The notes under the pieces are model-generated. The model was not told the DNA's origin. It saw only the letters and a list, made by a program, of their open reading frames with translations, and ran no database searches. The translations under genes were made by a program, and so were the position numbers. Positions 49,601 to 62,300 of a stretch of DNA of 64,000 nt are shown one piece after another. Every line of letters starts with the position of its first letter. Position 1 is the first letter of the stretch. This DNA comes from Curvularia clavata (taxonomy: Eukaryota), in the NCBI GenBank assembly GCA_023920165.1, contig CP089274.1:2046001-2110000 (forward strand), written 5' to 3'.

Positions 49601-52600
49601 CCTCGTTGCGACGGAGGGATCCAGCCGCGACAGGAGAACCTCCGAGGGAAGACTTGACCATGCCGCTGCAGACAGGATGAGCGCCAATCTCGAGCCAAGC
49701 AGTCTTAGCATCGAAGAGCTTCTGCTCCTGGCCGTTGGTGAGAGCGGTCCAGAAGTTAACAGTCTCGCGAGCGTGGCGAGCAAGGTAGTCAGGGCCGATA
49801 ATGCCAGCTTCAACAATGATGTCGCCGTTGAGTGGGGACATGACTGGGACGACAGGCTTGTTGAAGGTCACAGAGGCGGCGGCAGCCTTGAACTTCTCAA
49901 GGATGGGCTCTACCTGGGCAGAGTGGAAGGCAAACGGAACGTTCAACTTCGTGGACTTGAAGCCCTTGGCGGCAAGTGCCTCGTTGGTGGATTCAACAAC
50001 ATCGACAGTACCACAAAGAACAGTCTCCTCAGGACCGTTCATGCAGGCAATCTCTGTCATCTTGCTACCAAGAGCAGCCTTGATAGCCTCAACAGAACCC
50101 TTGACAGCAAGCATGCCGTGGGTGTTGGCGGTGCATTCCTGCTCAAGGATCTGGGCGCGGCGACCGACAAGGAGCACCATGTCACTGGCAGAGATGACAC
50201 CCGCAACGTGCAAGGCGGCATACTCTCCGAGGCTGTGACCGATGACAGCGACGGGGCGGACACCCCAAGCACCCCACATGCGGGCAAGAGCGACCTGGAT
50301 ACAAGCCATGCCCAACTGAACGACTACAGGCGATAGCGTAGCGACGTCCTCGCCGTTGAGAAGAGGGAGAATGGAGGGCAGAGAGTGCAGGCGAGCGAGC
50401 CTATCCAACTGATCGATGTCGTTTTTGAATGTCTCGAGATCCTGGTACAGCTTCTGGCCGAGGCCAGTGTACTGCGAGCCCTGACCAGTGAAGGTAAAGG
50501 CAGTCTTGGTGGGGACCATCGGCAGCGGGCTGTAAGTGTCCTTGAGTTGAGCTCGAAGACCATCCTTGACCTTGGACATGTCCGAGACACAGAAGGCAAC
50601 ACGGTAGTTGTGCTGGATGCGACGAGCAGTAGTAGTGTATGCCAAGCTAGGGAGCGTAACTGAGGGGTTCTCATCGACGTAGCCAATGAGGTTGTTGATG
50701 TTCTTCTTCAGGGAAGCGATGGACCTGGCGCTGACGGTGATCATGTGCATGGTGCGGGGGTCTACGCCGGTGGGTGCCTCGCGGAGAGGACCATCTTCGA
50801 GGACGATGGCTGTGTTACCACCAGCAGCGGAGAAGTTGTTCAAGAATATCTTGCGCTTCTCCGCACCATTGCGTGGCCAAGGAACCTGGGTAGTCGAAAT
50901 ATGGACGTTGCGCTGGGCAAGATCCTTGGGGAAGGTCTTGTTCATGACGCCCTTGATACCAACATTGGCGGGGATGGCGTTCTTCTTCATCATCATCAAG
51001 ACCTTGATGAGAGAGTTGATACCAGAAGCAGCCTCACCGTGTCCGATGTTAGCCTTAATAGCACCCAAGTGCAGAGTCTGCTCGGGGGTACGTTGGCGGT
51101 GGCGTGGAGCAAAAGCGTTGGTGACGGAGGTCATTTCGATTCCGTCACCGGCCTGGGTACCAGTGCCGTGCATCTCAACGTAGCTGATCTCATGCGCATC
51201 AACACCAGCGTTTGACAAGACCTTGTTGTAAAGGTACTCTTGTGCACCAGCGTGAGGGTGGGTGATGGAGACGGCTTCGGCGCTGTGGTTGGTAGCAGCA
51301 CCCAAGATGCAACCAAGGATGTTGTCCTTGTCAGCAATGGCATCTTCGTAACGCTTGAGGACAACGGAGCCGCATCCGTCACCACGGCAGTATCCGTCGG
51401 CATCGTTGTCGTATGTCTTGCAGCTGCCAGTCTTGGACAAGAACTGACCCTTACTCAGACCGGAGAAAATGTCCGGGTTGGTAAGAACGTTAAGACCACC
51501 GGCGCAAGCTGTGTCGCAGTCACCAGCCCAGAGCGACGTGCAAGCAAGCTGAATAGCGGCCAGAGAGGACGAGCAAGCTGTGTCAACGCTGTAGGAAGGT
51601 CCGGAGAATTTGAAGTAGTAGTTGATTCGGCCGGGGGCGAACGCTCGCACACCACCAGTGATGAAGTAGGTGTCGATGTTCTCTGCTGCGTTGATCTCAC
51701 GCCAATCATCCGAAGTCTGACCGTAGAATGTACCAATGCGCTCGAGCTTGGTCGAAGGAGTGCGGTTTGGCACATATCCAGACATCTCAAGAGCTTCATA
51801 TGCAGTTGTCAACGCGAGACGACCCATGGGGTCAGTCTGAGCCGCCTCACGAGGAGACATGTTGAAGAAGCGAGGATCGAATAGACCCGGCTCGTCAATG
51901 AAGCAACCGAAAGGTGTGTGACTCTTGTTCTTGCCTTTGCCAGATGGGTCGCAGTGGGCCTTCGCATCGAAGCGGTCTGCAGGAACTTCGCGGTGGACAT
52001 CCAAGCCCTTCTCGAGAAGATCCCAAAGAGCGTCGGCGCTGGCAGCACCAGGGAAACGACCAGACATACCAACAATGGCAATCTTGTCGTTCTGTGTGCG
52101 GCCACGGCTGTCGTGCTCGACTGGGGTCCAAGCAGACTGATCGCGAACAGTGATAGATGATTGGCCTCCATTCTTCAGGGCAGAAGCAAGACTATTGGTG
52201 ATCGAGGTCACACCAAATGCAGAGACGGAGCACTGTGCGTGGGATGCAGAGGTGACCTGAGAGACAATCTCAGAAAGAAGGCTGTCCCACCTGACTGGCT
52301 CAACAAGCATCTCATGAAGAGCAGTTCGGACCAACTCCAATGCGTTGGTTGCAGTCTGGCATTTTCCAGTGGACGCTGAGTGGACCAGTGAGACTGGGCG
52401 GAACTGTTGCAGATGCCTGATGGCGTCCTTGTCAAGAATGCGGTCGATATCTGCCTCAGCATAGAGGTGAGATGCGTGGTAAGGTGCGTACACGGGAATG
52501 GGTACCCGAGCACAGTTCTTGAAAGCGTCGCTCTGAAGGAGTCGCTTGGTGGTAGCGGGTGGGCCACTGATCGTGAGGGCCATGGTGCTAACCGCGCTAA

Positions 52601-53241
52601 TGTACGATTGAGCCAGGGTTGGTATCTGCTGCTCGTCGTGGAACGCGTTGATGGCGTCCTTGGCGGCATCTTCGGAGATGTTGGTCACAATGGTAGACCA
52701 AGTCTCCTTGGTAGAGGACTGCTCCAGGGCCTCCTTTGCGGCACCAACGCAGGTGCCTGCACGGAAAGCAACGCGGACAGCTTCAGTTGCAAGGGGCAGC
52801 AACTCGCTCAGTGACCTTGCAGATGCAACGACAGCACCCGCGAGAAGGCCAGTGCAAAGACCGACAACGCGAGTGTTTGATGGGTTTGGCAACTCTGTTG
52901 GGTGCTCGGCAAAGTACCTGGAGAGTCAGCACAAGACTTAGAAGGAATGGCAAAGAAACTCACCCAATGTAGTGCGACAATTGCGCGATGGTAACCATAC
53001 AACTTTCCAGCTCAGGGATCTTCAATCCCTTGGCGTAGTATGCTTCGATAAGATCCCATGTCGTCAGGAAGTTGGGGATCTGGTCTCGCTGGGTTCGTGG
53101 CAGCTTCTGCACCTCCTCGCGAATAACGACACTGATCCTATCGAGGAAGGTCGTCAGGGTCGCATTGTTCTTCCAGGTGCATGCCTTCCGCAGGAGCGGG
53201 TACTGGTCGGCGGTTTGGTCTCCGAAGATGATGACATCCAT
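46671..53241 (-). CDS. PKS1: Non-reducing polyketide synthase of the DHN-melanin pathway (SAT-KS-AT-PT-ACP-ACP-TE), ~2156 aa, 3 exons
   Basis: Exons 53241-52964, 52917-46770, 46715-46671. SAT IFGDQT and GLCTG; KS DTACSSS, HGTGT and NIGHGE; AT GHSLGE and FAFHS; two ACPs (LGVDSL, IGMDSL); TE GWSAGG and NHFTMM. No KR/ER/MT domains. Adjacent to prefoldin, as in dothideomycete melanin loci. Confidence 0.95.
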
Positions 53242-56200
53242 TTTAGCAAGGGTATAAATGAAGAATTAATAAAAGATGGAAGAATGCAGGAAAACGATGC
53301 CGTCAAAGGGCTAGAAAAACGGAAAGAAGAGTGTATTTAGGAGGCAAGGGGTTGGCTTCCAAACTCGAAGCAAGGGAATTCGAGAATATGTGCAAGGGGA
53401 AAAAGCCAGTGATGTATTACTTAGGCGCTTGATGCAAGGGTAAAGGCCTAGAAGACTGGTGAGGAATGATGGGATAGGAAGAGTATTGGGAATGGAGGCA
53501 CTGGTATATGTATGTGTAGGATCAGGCGGCAATGGATGGGCGTAAGATGTGAAAAAGGTGGTCAGGGCGTGAATCGCGCGATGGCAAGCACAATGCGTCC
53601 CGGATCTGTTACAACCCATGTATTGCGGAACGAAGTACTGCAGAAACGTATTGACGTGAGAATGAGTGTGGACCGCGGACCACTTCCTTTCTTGGATAGT
53701 ACAGCCATGATTCCGAGGATGATGGCGTGCAGATGCCGGCTGTGTGTCCGAGTAAGCTTCCATGCCTATTGATAGATGGCGCGCTAGACGTGGAGACCAG
53801 CGGCTGAGATATGCAGCCAATGCGTTGCGAATGATAGCAGAGATGAGACGTGGGGACGTGAAAAGCGAGGGCGCTGTCTCAACTTCGGCCTAGTGGCTCG
53901 GATCCCCTCCCAAAAGCCGGGGTGGATAGACATAGTGTCCGTGTGTTCTACTATCAATTACAGCATCTTCCAAGCGAGTTTAGGCTTAGATCTATGCAGT
54001 CAGGAAGAATCTATTGTGGTAAGGTCTGCATGCTGGAGCTGCTTCAAGTAAACCCTGTCCAGATACGGAACCTTAGCAGGACAGGCATCACGGCACTGGA
54101 TATCCGTCTGAACCAGGACCCTCGTGGCAGCTCCGTGATAGATGATACGGGTGATGTATCCTGCGGGTCGACAGCTTGTCGTACCGAAGCGTTCCCAATG
54201 GTCATACAGGGTAGACAGTGAGGTATGTTTGCGAGTCAAGTCGTGGGAAATCATCCGGTAGGCGATCACGAACGCTGCTGAGTTTCAGTCAGCGTTCGCT
54301 TTGCCACGTATCGAGTAGTGTGCTGCCACAGCGTTGGTAACATTGACCAAGCTTCTGGAGACCCCGCTCGGACTCATGGCTAGGTGAGCATGCTGGCTGG
54401 TGAGGTCAAGCATGAGGCATAGCGTACGTCTGGGAATGTCTGATGCTCGGCGTCTCCTCAGGATCGTCAAAGCGCCAGCTCATCCGCTCATCCGCTTTGG
54501 GTTGGTCTGGGTACAAGCACAAGGAAAGCAAGCATTGCTTTGGGTGGATGGTTGATGTGGTGGTGGATATCCTAGCGCCCAAGCGTCCAAGCCACCAGCC
54601 ATGAACAGCCCGCCGTTGGGATACTCATCTCTACATCCACAAAAAAGTTGACCCTGTCCTGCTCTTGGCCATTAGAAGGCTGAGAAGTCTTCTTGGTCTT
54701 CCTGTGATGATTACAGTCAGCCATGCCCCATCTGCGGCTTCCCCCATTACCGACGCCACCAGCGGTACTCCGAGCTTACGAGGGAGGTAGCTTGTCTGAA
54801 ATTGATAGGTTATCTCTAAAAACGCCTTACTGTAGGCCTAGAGAGGCCTCGCTTGCTGCCGTGGGGATCAAGGTACTGAATCATGGGCGAAACGGAACAC
54901 CTCGAAGCTCGGGCGGCCGTTGTAGGAATGAGTGCAAGGCTGGATGTGCCAGTGGAGCACTGCTAGTCGGTTATCTCAACAGACAGATGCGCTGGAAGCC
55001 AGGTGCTGTAGCGCTGGCATGCTGGGACTGCGTGGGAGGCGGTGCTCGTGAAGGGGCGTAGTTGTGATTACGAGGTGACGTTCGTTACGGAGAGCGGAGA
55101 ACCGAATAAGCAATTCGTTAGTGATCGACAAATCCTGCCACCAGCCACCGCCCAACACCACCACTACCAAGAAAACTACCAACATTAACACCACACGTGT
55201 GAGGCCTGCCCGCCACAACCTCGGAAATAGAACACTGCCATGTCCCTTACAGCAGCACAGCAGACAGCTTACATCACCCATGGGAAACTTGACACACGAG
55301 CCTGAGAATAGCAACCCGTTGTGCAGACAGTGTTTGACTATTCCAGCGAAACAAGGCCAGCAGCCTAAGCGTCCAACCGACGCCACCAATCGCGTATCTG
55401 CAATGGTCCAAACATCAAACTTCTGGGATGCACTGTGGGAACCCTGAAATGGTTCGTCTAGACACACGTTTCACCCTCGCATCCTTCGCCATCTCGATTT
55501 CTCCCACAGAAACAACTCTTGCATGCGTCGGATACCACGTCGCAGTCTGTCTGCGCTGAGGAAAGCCTTTCTGCATTTGCATTTCCCATTTGTGCATGTG
55601 CCCGGTCCATGCCCCTTTCTGCAACCCGTTTGTTTTTCCTCCTCCCATTTTTGGTTTTTGATGCCAGACTCTCTAGCCTCCGCACGCCATTATGCCTCCA
55701 AATTGGGATGCACCTGCGTGTGCCACACTTCCCCGGGCCTCTAACTCATTGTGACTAAGTGTCTTGTCTCCATCTGGTCTTGCCTCTTTCTGGAATGAGA
55801 TGTCAATGACGCTGGACCGCACCAGAAGTCACGATATTCTTTTTCCAACAACGCATACACTGGCGTCAGTCCTTGGATAATTAGTCGCCGACTCGCTACC
55901 TTATCGCCATGTGTTCAACCTAGGCTTTCCCAACGCTTGGCAAATCTCCAAGCATGTGATGATTTGATAATGCTTCTGTGGGCTGATAGTTGTTCAATAT
56001 ACCTCACTTTGTCAGACGCAATATGAAAATTATGCTGTGGCTCGGCCAGTGAAAACAAGTAAGAGCACTTCCGGCAGGTTTCCTGTTCGCTACACATCAT
56101 GATAAACCTCTCATCCATGTACATTTTGCGATCTACAGCCATGATCCACGCACTGGCACGTGTCATTCTTCTCCCCAGCAAGTTTTTCAAACACTGTCAT

Positions 56201-57758
56201 TGCCAATGCTCTAGGCCTTTGCATATGCCTGGTGTAGGATGTAGATGCAGTACAACGTGGCGAGCATGCACAGTCAGGCAGTGGCATAAACTCCGTAACT
56301 GCCAGTATTCAGCTTCTCATCCAACCCTTGGTCCGATATGCAGGCTGATAGACAGCGTAGATCGCCTGCAGAAATGCTGGCTTCGGTAACTAATGACGCA
56401 AACTGCGGGCATCAACCACTGGGAACGAAGCCGCTGCCGAGCAGTTGTGTCTTTTCAAGCCCCATTTCACCCCACTGAAAAGCCTCATTTCCCAAGGAAT
56501 CGAGCCATTCGGATCGATAGGACTGTATATCAGAGTACTTTACACATGGCACTAGCGTAGTAGCATGTCTACAGCACTGTCATGAACATTCAATCAGGCG
56601 AGCTGAATAGGTACTTGGCGCTCGAGCTTCACTCACGGTCAGGCCGAGACTGTGGTGGTACCCGGCTCTCGGATCACTCTACATATCTCGGCGATTAACG
56701 TGACAAGGTGTGCAGACCGCTGAATTGCGCAATGGGCTTTGAGAATGTCAGGGTCTGCGTTGTTCGGACGTCCGAAACAAACTCGCCTGAAGCCTCTCAG
56801 CCGACAAGTTCCAACAAGCAACATGGACCCCACAGATCACATCTGCACCTAGCTTTGTCCGCCTGTCGGGACTGCGAAAAGAGTTTGCAGTGACATGGCG
56901 TCATGGAATGCTCAGGCCACTCTGTGATTGCTCAACACAAAACAGTGGTCCGCTGGTGACAAGCATCAAGTCTAGCAGCATCTCAGCAACGGGCCGTAAC
57001 GAATGACAAGAACGGGCCGAAAGATAACGGTAAAAAATCGATGATGCTCGGATCTCTAGTACCACTGGACGTGCCCCCTCGCATACAGGCACGTGTTTCG
57101 CTGGGCGGGATTCCCGACCTTTGATTCCCATCGCAGCGGGACGGGACCGACGTTCAGAAGCCTAGATAGTTGCCAACAAAGGCAAGGCGCGGGATGCACA
57201 ATATATTGACATGGTCTATCTTCACGATTTGGATCTCGCGTGGCACGCGCGTTTACTTCGAACGCTTGTTCGCAGTTGGGCGTTCGGAGCTTTGCTCCGC
57301 ACCATTGAGCCTGCGCTCAACAGGCATCTGGAGTTCTCCCAGTGGTAGCGGAATCCAACGTAAATCGAGTAGTATGGTTTAGCGCCTTGATCCTCCAATT
57401 GGAAACTCGCTCGTTGCGGCTAAACGGATCGCCCCTTAGTCCGCCAGACCTTAATTTGGGTTGATCAAACGGCTGCTTGGCATGCTGAGCTAGCGCTGGG
57501 GTCCGCACCGAACCGTCGTGTGTATGCCGATGGTATACGACATCAACATGTCGGTCCTGCAGCTGTACAGACAGCACATGTCTTGCTAGTGACACTAACA
57601 GCGATCCTTCCGGGTTTGTTCCTGGACAATCAAAGTGTCATAGCAGTCCTGTTGGCGCTACTGTAGTATGGCGGTTCTGCACGATAACCGCATTCAGTGT
57701 TTTGCGGTATTCCTTCCCGTTGCCATGCGGTAATCTCAAGTACTTTCCTGTGCCTCTT

Positions 57759-57774
57759 GGGGGGGGGGGGGGGG
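57759..57774 (+). repeat. G16 homopolymer
   Basis: Sixteen consecutive G; a G7 run follows at 57808-57814. Confidence 0.9.
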
Positions 57775-59317
57775 TTTCGTATTCATACAATTAATGCCCC
57801 AGTCAATGGGGGGGATATGCCATGTTATTTATCTCTCGTTAAAAAACATGCAGTTCTGAATATTCCAAACATAGGCAAGATTAAACACCAGTCAATTGTA
57901 TTGAAAATCATGTGATAGTAAGCTAAGAGAGACCGTTCTATTCAACAATGTGATCTGGTTTTCACATGCAAAACATTCGTTGCATTATGTGAATAAACAA
58001 AGCATTGGTGAACCAGAATGCCATCTCCTGGAGCCGAATAATATACAATCTAAAATTCTATTTTTTTGTTTTCACTACTTAATTAAACCCCTCAAAGGTG
58101 TCATAGTGATGCTAGCATCTTAGTTCCATAAATATCCGGGATTCATCGTACGCTATATGAGATCTCAAGGTATAGTTGCATACAAACGTGTAGAATAATT
58201 CCGGGTCATTGGTACGGATCTTAGGCTAATTGCTCCACACCCCCACGAGTTAGCTATCTCGTATGCTAAGCGATCTCGAAAGCGATATCAAAGATTTCAC
58301 GATTACACTATCGTTTGTGTAAATGAGTGCTGGGAATAACCAAGGAGATGTATGCAAAAACATTATGGACCGTGATGTCGGGCACATGATGCGGTCATGG
58401 ACTTTGTAACGTTACACACCCTTATACCCTACTAAGTAGTCACATCCCAAAATTGTGGAATTTTCGGGATTGCCGTATGATGAAGTCTTGCATGAGACGA
58501 TTGAACTGAACTACTCCTGCTTACTAACAGACTGAGAATCATTGGATCGGGCTTCCGGTGCCGTGGATGTAGTGCTGTCGTTATTCTAGATGATGTGGAT
58601 CAATCCTAGATATGTACTACTGTGGATTTGAGCAGTGTAACTTAAGCAAGTATTGGGCGGTCATAAACTTCCTACTGGGATTTTGCTGGACTCAGTGGTC
58701 ATTTTTATGTAATAAATGATTTATGGGTACTAAAAGATTGTATCTTCAGACAATCCGATCTTTACTTTATTCATGATATTATTGACCTTCTACTAGTTGA
58801 TATAATTTTGATTCAGCACCCCTAATTCAACACCATGTAAAATCTTTTATAAGATATCACGATACGTTCATTGCATACTAAATTATTCTCCTTGTTAAAA
58901 AATCTCCTTCAATCGATTACCGGCATAAATTCATATAGGTTATTCTTCCCCATCACGCGGAGATAACCGAACACCATCTTTGCTCGAAAACAAAAAACAC
59001 CAAGCACCATGTATCCTACTTCACACCCTCTCAGTCCACTACCTTCACTCTCCAGTCCTAACGACCACCGTGATCACGATCCCTCAACCTCCCCCATTAT
59101 CGTGACTCCAGCCACATTACACTTATCACTCACGCGCCGCCTACTCACGCGAACCCCATACGCCACAAAGATCTCGTACAACCACCCCCTTTCCCTGAAT
59201 CCCCTTAGCTCACCACCTACATATCATCAGCGCCGCCATCGCGAAACGCCCACAAGCACAACATCTCTAGGCGTGACCTAAAATCTCGATTAAACAAGCG
59301 CCTGTGTGACACTTCGA

Positions 59318-59349
59318 CATGGAACCACCACATGGAACCACCACATGGA
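59318..59349 (+). repeat. 13-bp tandem duplication (CATGGAACCACCA x2 plus a partial copy)
   Basis: catggaaccacca catggaaccacca catgga is directly visible. Confidence 0.85.
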
Positions 59350-62300
59350 GGCGTAGGGAAAACACCACGTGGAGAAAGCCCACGTTACAGTCTTCTCTCC
59401 CTCTTTGTGTACCCCCCCTTTTCTCGCAGTGCATAATCTAGTGTACTTGCACAGGCGCTTGTGGGATGTGTGTGGCACGTGAGTGACGATCAAAAACATA
59501 AAACACGCACGTGAGGCTGGGAAAAGAGAAGTATCCTTGTCATCGATCGAATCTTGATATTTACATTGTTTTCTTGGTTTTAACGGTGGGAGATGGTGGT
59601 GGTGGTGGCGGTAATAGTGGTGGCTGGGATAGTTTGGGCCCTGTGGAGATGAGAGAGCCGCGAAATAAGTTTGACAGGCTTGGCTGTGGGATGAACGAGA
59701 TACGTGCGTAGGGCATTTTAGATCAGGGGGGGATAAAACAAATCGAAGAAAGAAAAGCAGATTATTTATGAGGCTATGATTTTTCATGTTTCGTGTTTTC
59801 GAGAAAAGGGGCAAAGGTGTGTGCGATGGGGAAAAAAAGAACATTTATGTAAATACTACACGCAATGCTTGCGCAATCTTCCTGGACATTTTTGCAAAGT
59901 ATATAAATTTGGTGGAGGTATCGATTTTCATGTGGCTGTACTTTTGTAGTTCGCAAAATATAGTTGCAGTGACTTTTCCGTGTTTTATTTTATAGTACAC
60001 TCATTGATTATTTCAGGTGGTATTTTTACTTTCCACCACCTCAATCCATCTACATACATGTAAAATAATAGTTCTACGCAAAAGATAACAACCCTGCTTT
60101 TGGGTACAATGTTGTAGATAGACACCAATCTTTAGTACATAACAATAGATGGGAAGCCTCGGGGGCAAGGGAAGGATAGGGATTGAGACCATGGCAAGGC
60201 AGTATGCTAGATGGAAAGAGTCTAAAATTTCATGGATCAGTATGCGTGATGGTGGTACTCGAGAGGAGAACAATTGTGGATTTGGTTCAATGTACCCAGA
60301 AGAGACGGTCATGATCGAGAACAGATAATTTGTAATTCATTCTACATGCAATAAAACACTACAACCATGCACCCATACAAACTCATCTGCCACATTACCA
60401 CAGGAAATTAACCTTTTACTGATGTGTGGCCATGTCCTAGCAGACTTGATTCTAGCTTCAGTTTGAGCAGTGTATCAATCGAAGAATGTAGTAAAAGACG
60501 CGCGAATGGTCAGTCGCGTATAGCCAATCATTTGGGTCAATGGATGCCTGCTATAGGAAGATAATTTTATATCCCAGGTACGCCAGGGCAGCACCTTGTT
60601 GGAGATGCTAGACGCTAAGGCTTATCTAAGCACCTGGTATCCAAGAATACTAACCAGTGCCCAGACACGCTTGTTTCTGCTGAGTGAGAGAGCCCATATG
60701 CATGACGATTAGATGAAACAAAGTGTGCATTGCTTGGCCCGTAAGCTCATATCGTAGGAGCTGTTCTGTTATCCCAACCCTTCGCCTTGCGCAACAACTG
60801 GTGGAGAATGAGTGGATACCGACGATAGACTAGCTTAGCCTACTTATCCGCACGCATATATTACATCTAGATGTGCATGTATATGAGATCGTGCTAGTCG
60901 GCTAGCTAGGATCATGGAGATTGCAATCTCTTATTCCGGGTCAACATGGTAGAATATGTCGCGCTCATAGATTTTTTGGGAGATTGAGGAGACTCCCGCG
61001 GTGTGGGGTGGGTGGCCCGGAAATTATCGTTTGGACTATGACGCGGTACTCCGGGTGTCATGACGGAACTCCTTCGGCTGCAGATAATCATCTAGAAAAC
61101 AGAAAAGTTGCAAGGGGTGAAGATGCATGAAGCTGATTCGCTTGTTACCCTGCTGTATGCGGTATCGCGGCTGTCTCGTAAAATAGACATGCAAAGACGT
61201 GTTTGTCATTCCTGCTTACGGGTGCCCGATAAGTGGTGTGATCAGTCTCGCACTGGTAGTCTCCCCACACCAAACTACAAGCTCACATTCCGCTCTTAGA
61301 CCAACATGTTTTGCCACTGCAGATAAAGATACACTGAATGATGGACCTAGTGCATTGTAGGGTCGTAGTAGTTGTGGCTTTGCCGTTTGGGATAGCTGAT
61401 GATGTAGAGGTGAAGAACCCTGGAACGATGGGAACCGGGCGTCCATTGGCGCCAGCGTTTAGGGCGCTAGTCTCCATTGGGTGGGAGCAGCTGAGCCACC
61501 AATACTGCTATACATAAGCCCTGCATAACTGGTCATCACTGCTCACTGCGAATAAAATCTGTGGAATGTTGTCATCTTCTCGTGTGAAACCACGCCGGTA
61601 CCATAAACCTTTTGTGCATAGCCACAACGAGAAGAGGCATGTGGGTTGCCTTTGGACAAAACATCCGTGAGGAACAAAATATCTAAACGTAAATGCACCT
61701 CGTGGCATGGTGGTCTTGCTGACAGGCGCCGTTTCTCCACAGCGGGACGGCTTAGCATACGGCTTCACATGGCTCCGCTTCCGCCCCTTTTGTTGAACCA
61801 ATAGAGGATGACAGAAGTTTCACCTTGTTCTAATCATAAACATGCTACTTCGGGCGGAATCCCTCTTGCAGTAAATGAAGCTACTCGGTCAGAATGGAGC
61901 AGGATTCCCCCCTTGGGGTAAATGAGGCCTGAATTTTGTCAGGATGGGAGAAGCTTAGCCATGTCTCAAAAAGGTATATGTATGACAGGGTCTGGGTGGT
62001 ACTGGCCCACTTCAGCATGTTTTGACACAGAGCAAGACAGCGTCAGCCTAGGCGATAATAGAAGCAGACATTTTCTCGTGGATGACTTGGCTCCGTGTTT
62101 CAGGTGCAGGGTACGTCCACTGTGCAGAAAATGTCTTGCTGCGATGTGCTTGTGGCGAAGGACCTAGCAGATCCAAAATAGCACTCTCTGTATGATCTAG
62201 AGAGAAGTGCTACATGTGTGTCTCACTAGGGATCAACTAACTGGACAGTGATACTGTCGTGGCATGGACGGGACTTGTTCTCACTATCGGCGAATGATGA

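Noticed and set aside
46746..52941. Many long plus-strand ORFs (up to 373 aa) overlapping the PKS
   Set aside because: Antisense shadows produced by the PKS's strong codon bias; no domains recognisable. The same applies to ORFs antisense to POL2, FMP25, JID1 and the secreted protein.
53311..53820. 169-aa minus-strand ORF immediately upstream of the PKS
   Set aside because: Non-ATG start and promoter/5'UTR-like composition; no domain.
58446..58610. GLPL- and Walker-B-like words suggesting an NB-ARC/NLR relic; also a C/D-box pair (ATGATGA..CTGA)
   Set aside because: The motif order is reversed relative to NB-ARC and the frame is bounded by stops. The C/D spacing is short, and I recognised no rRNA guide sequence.
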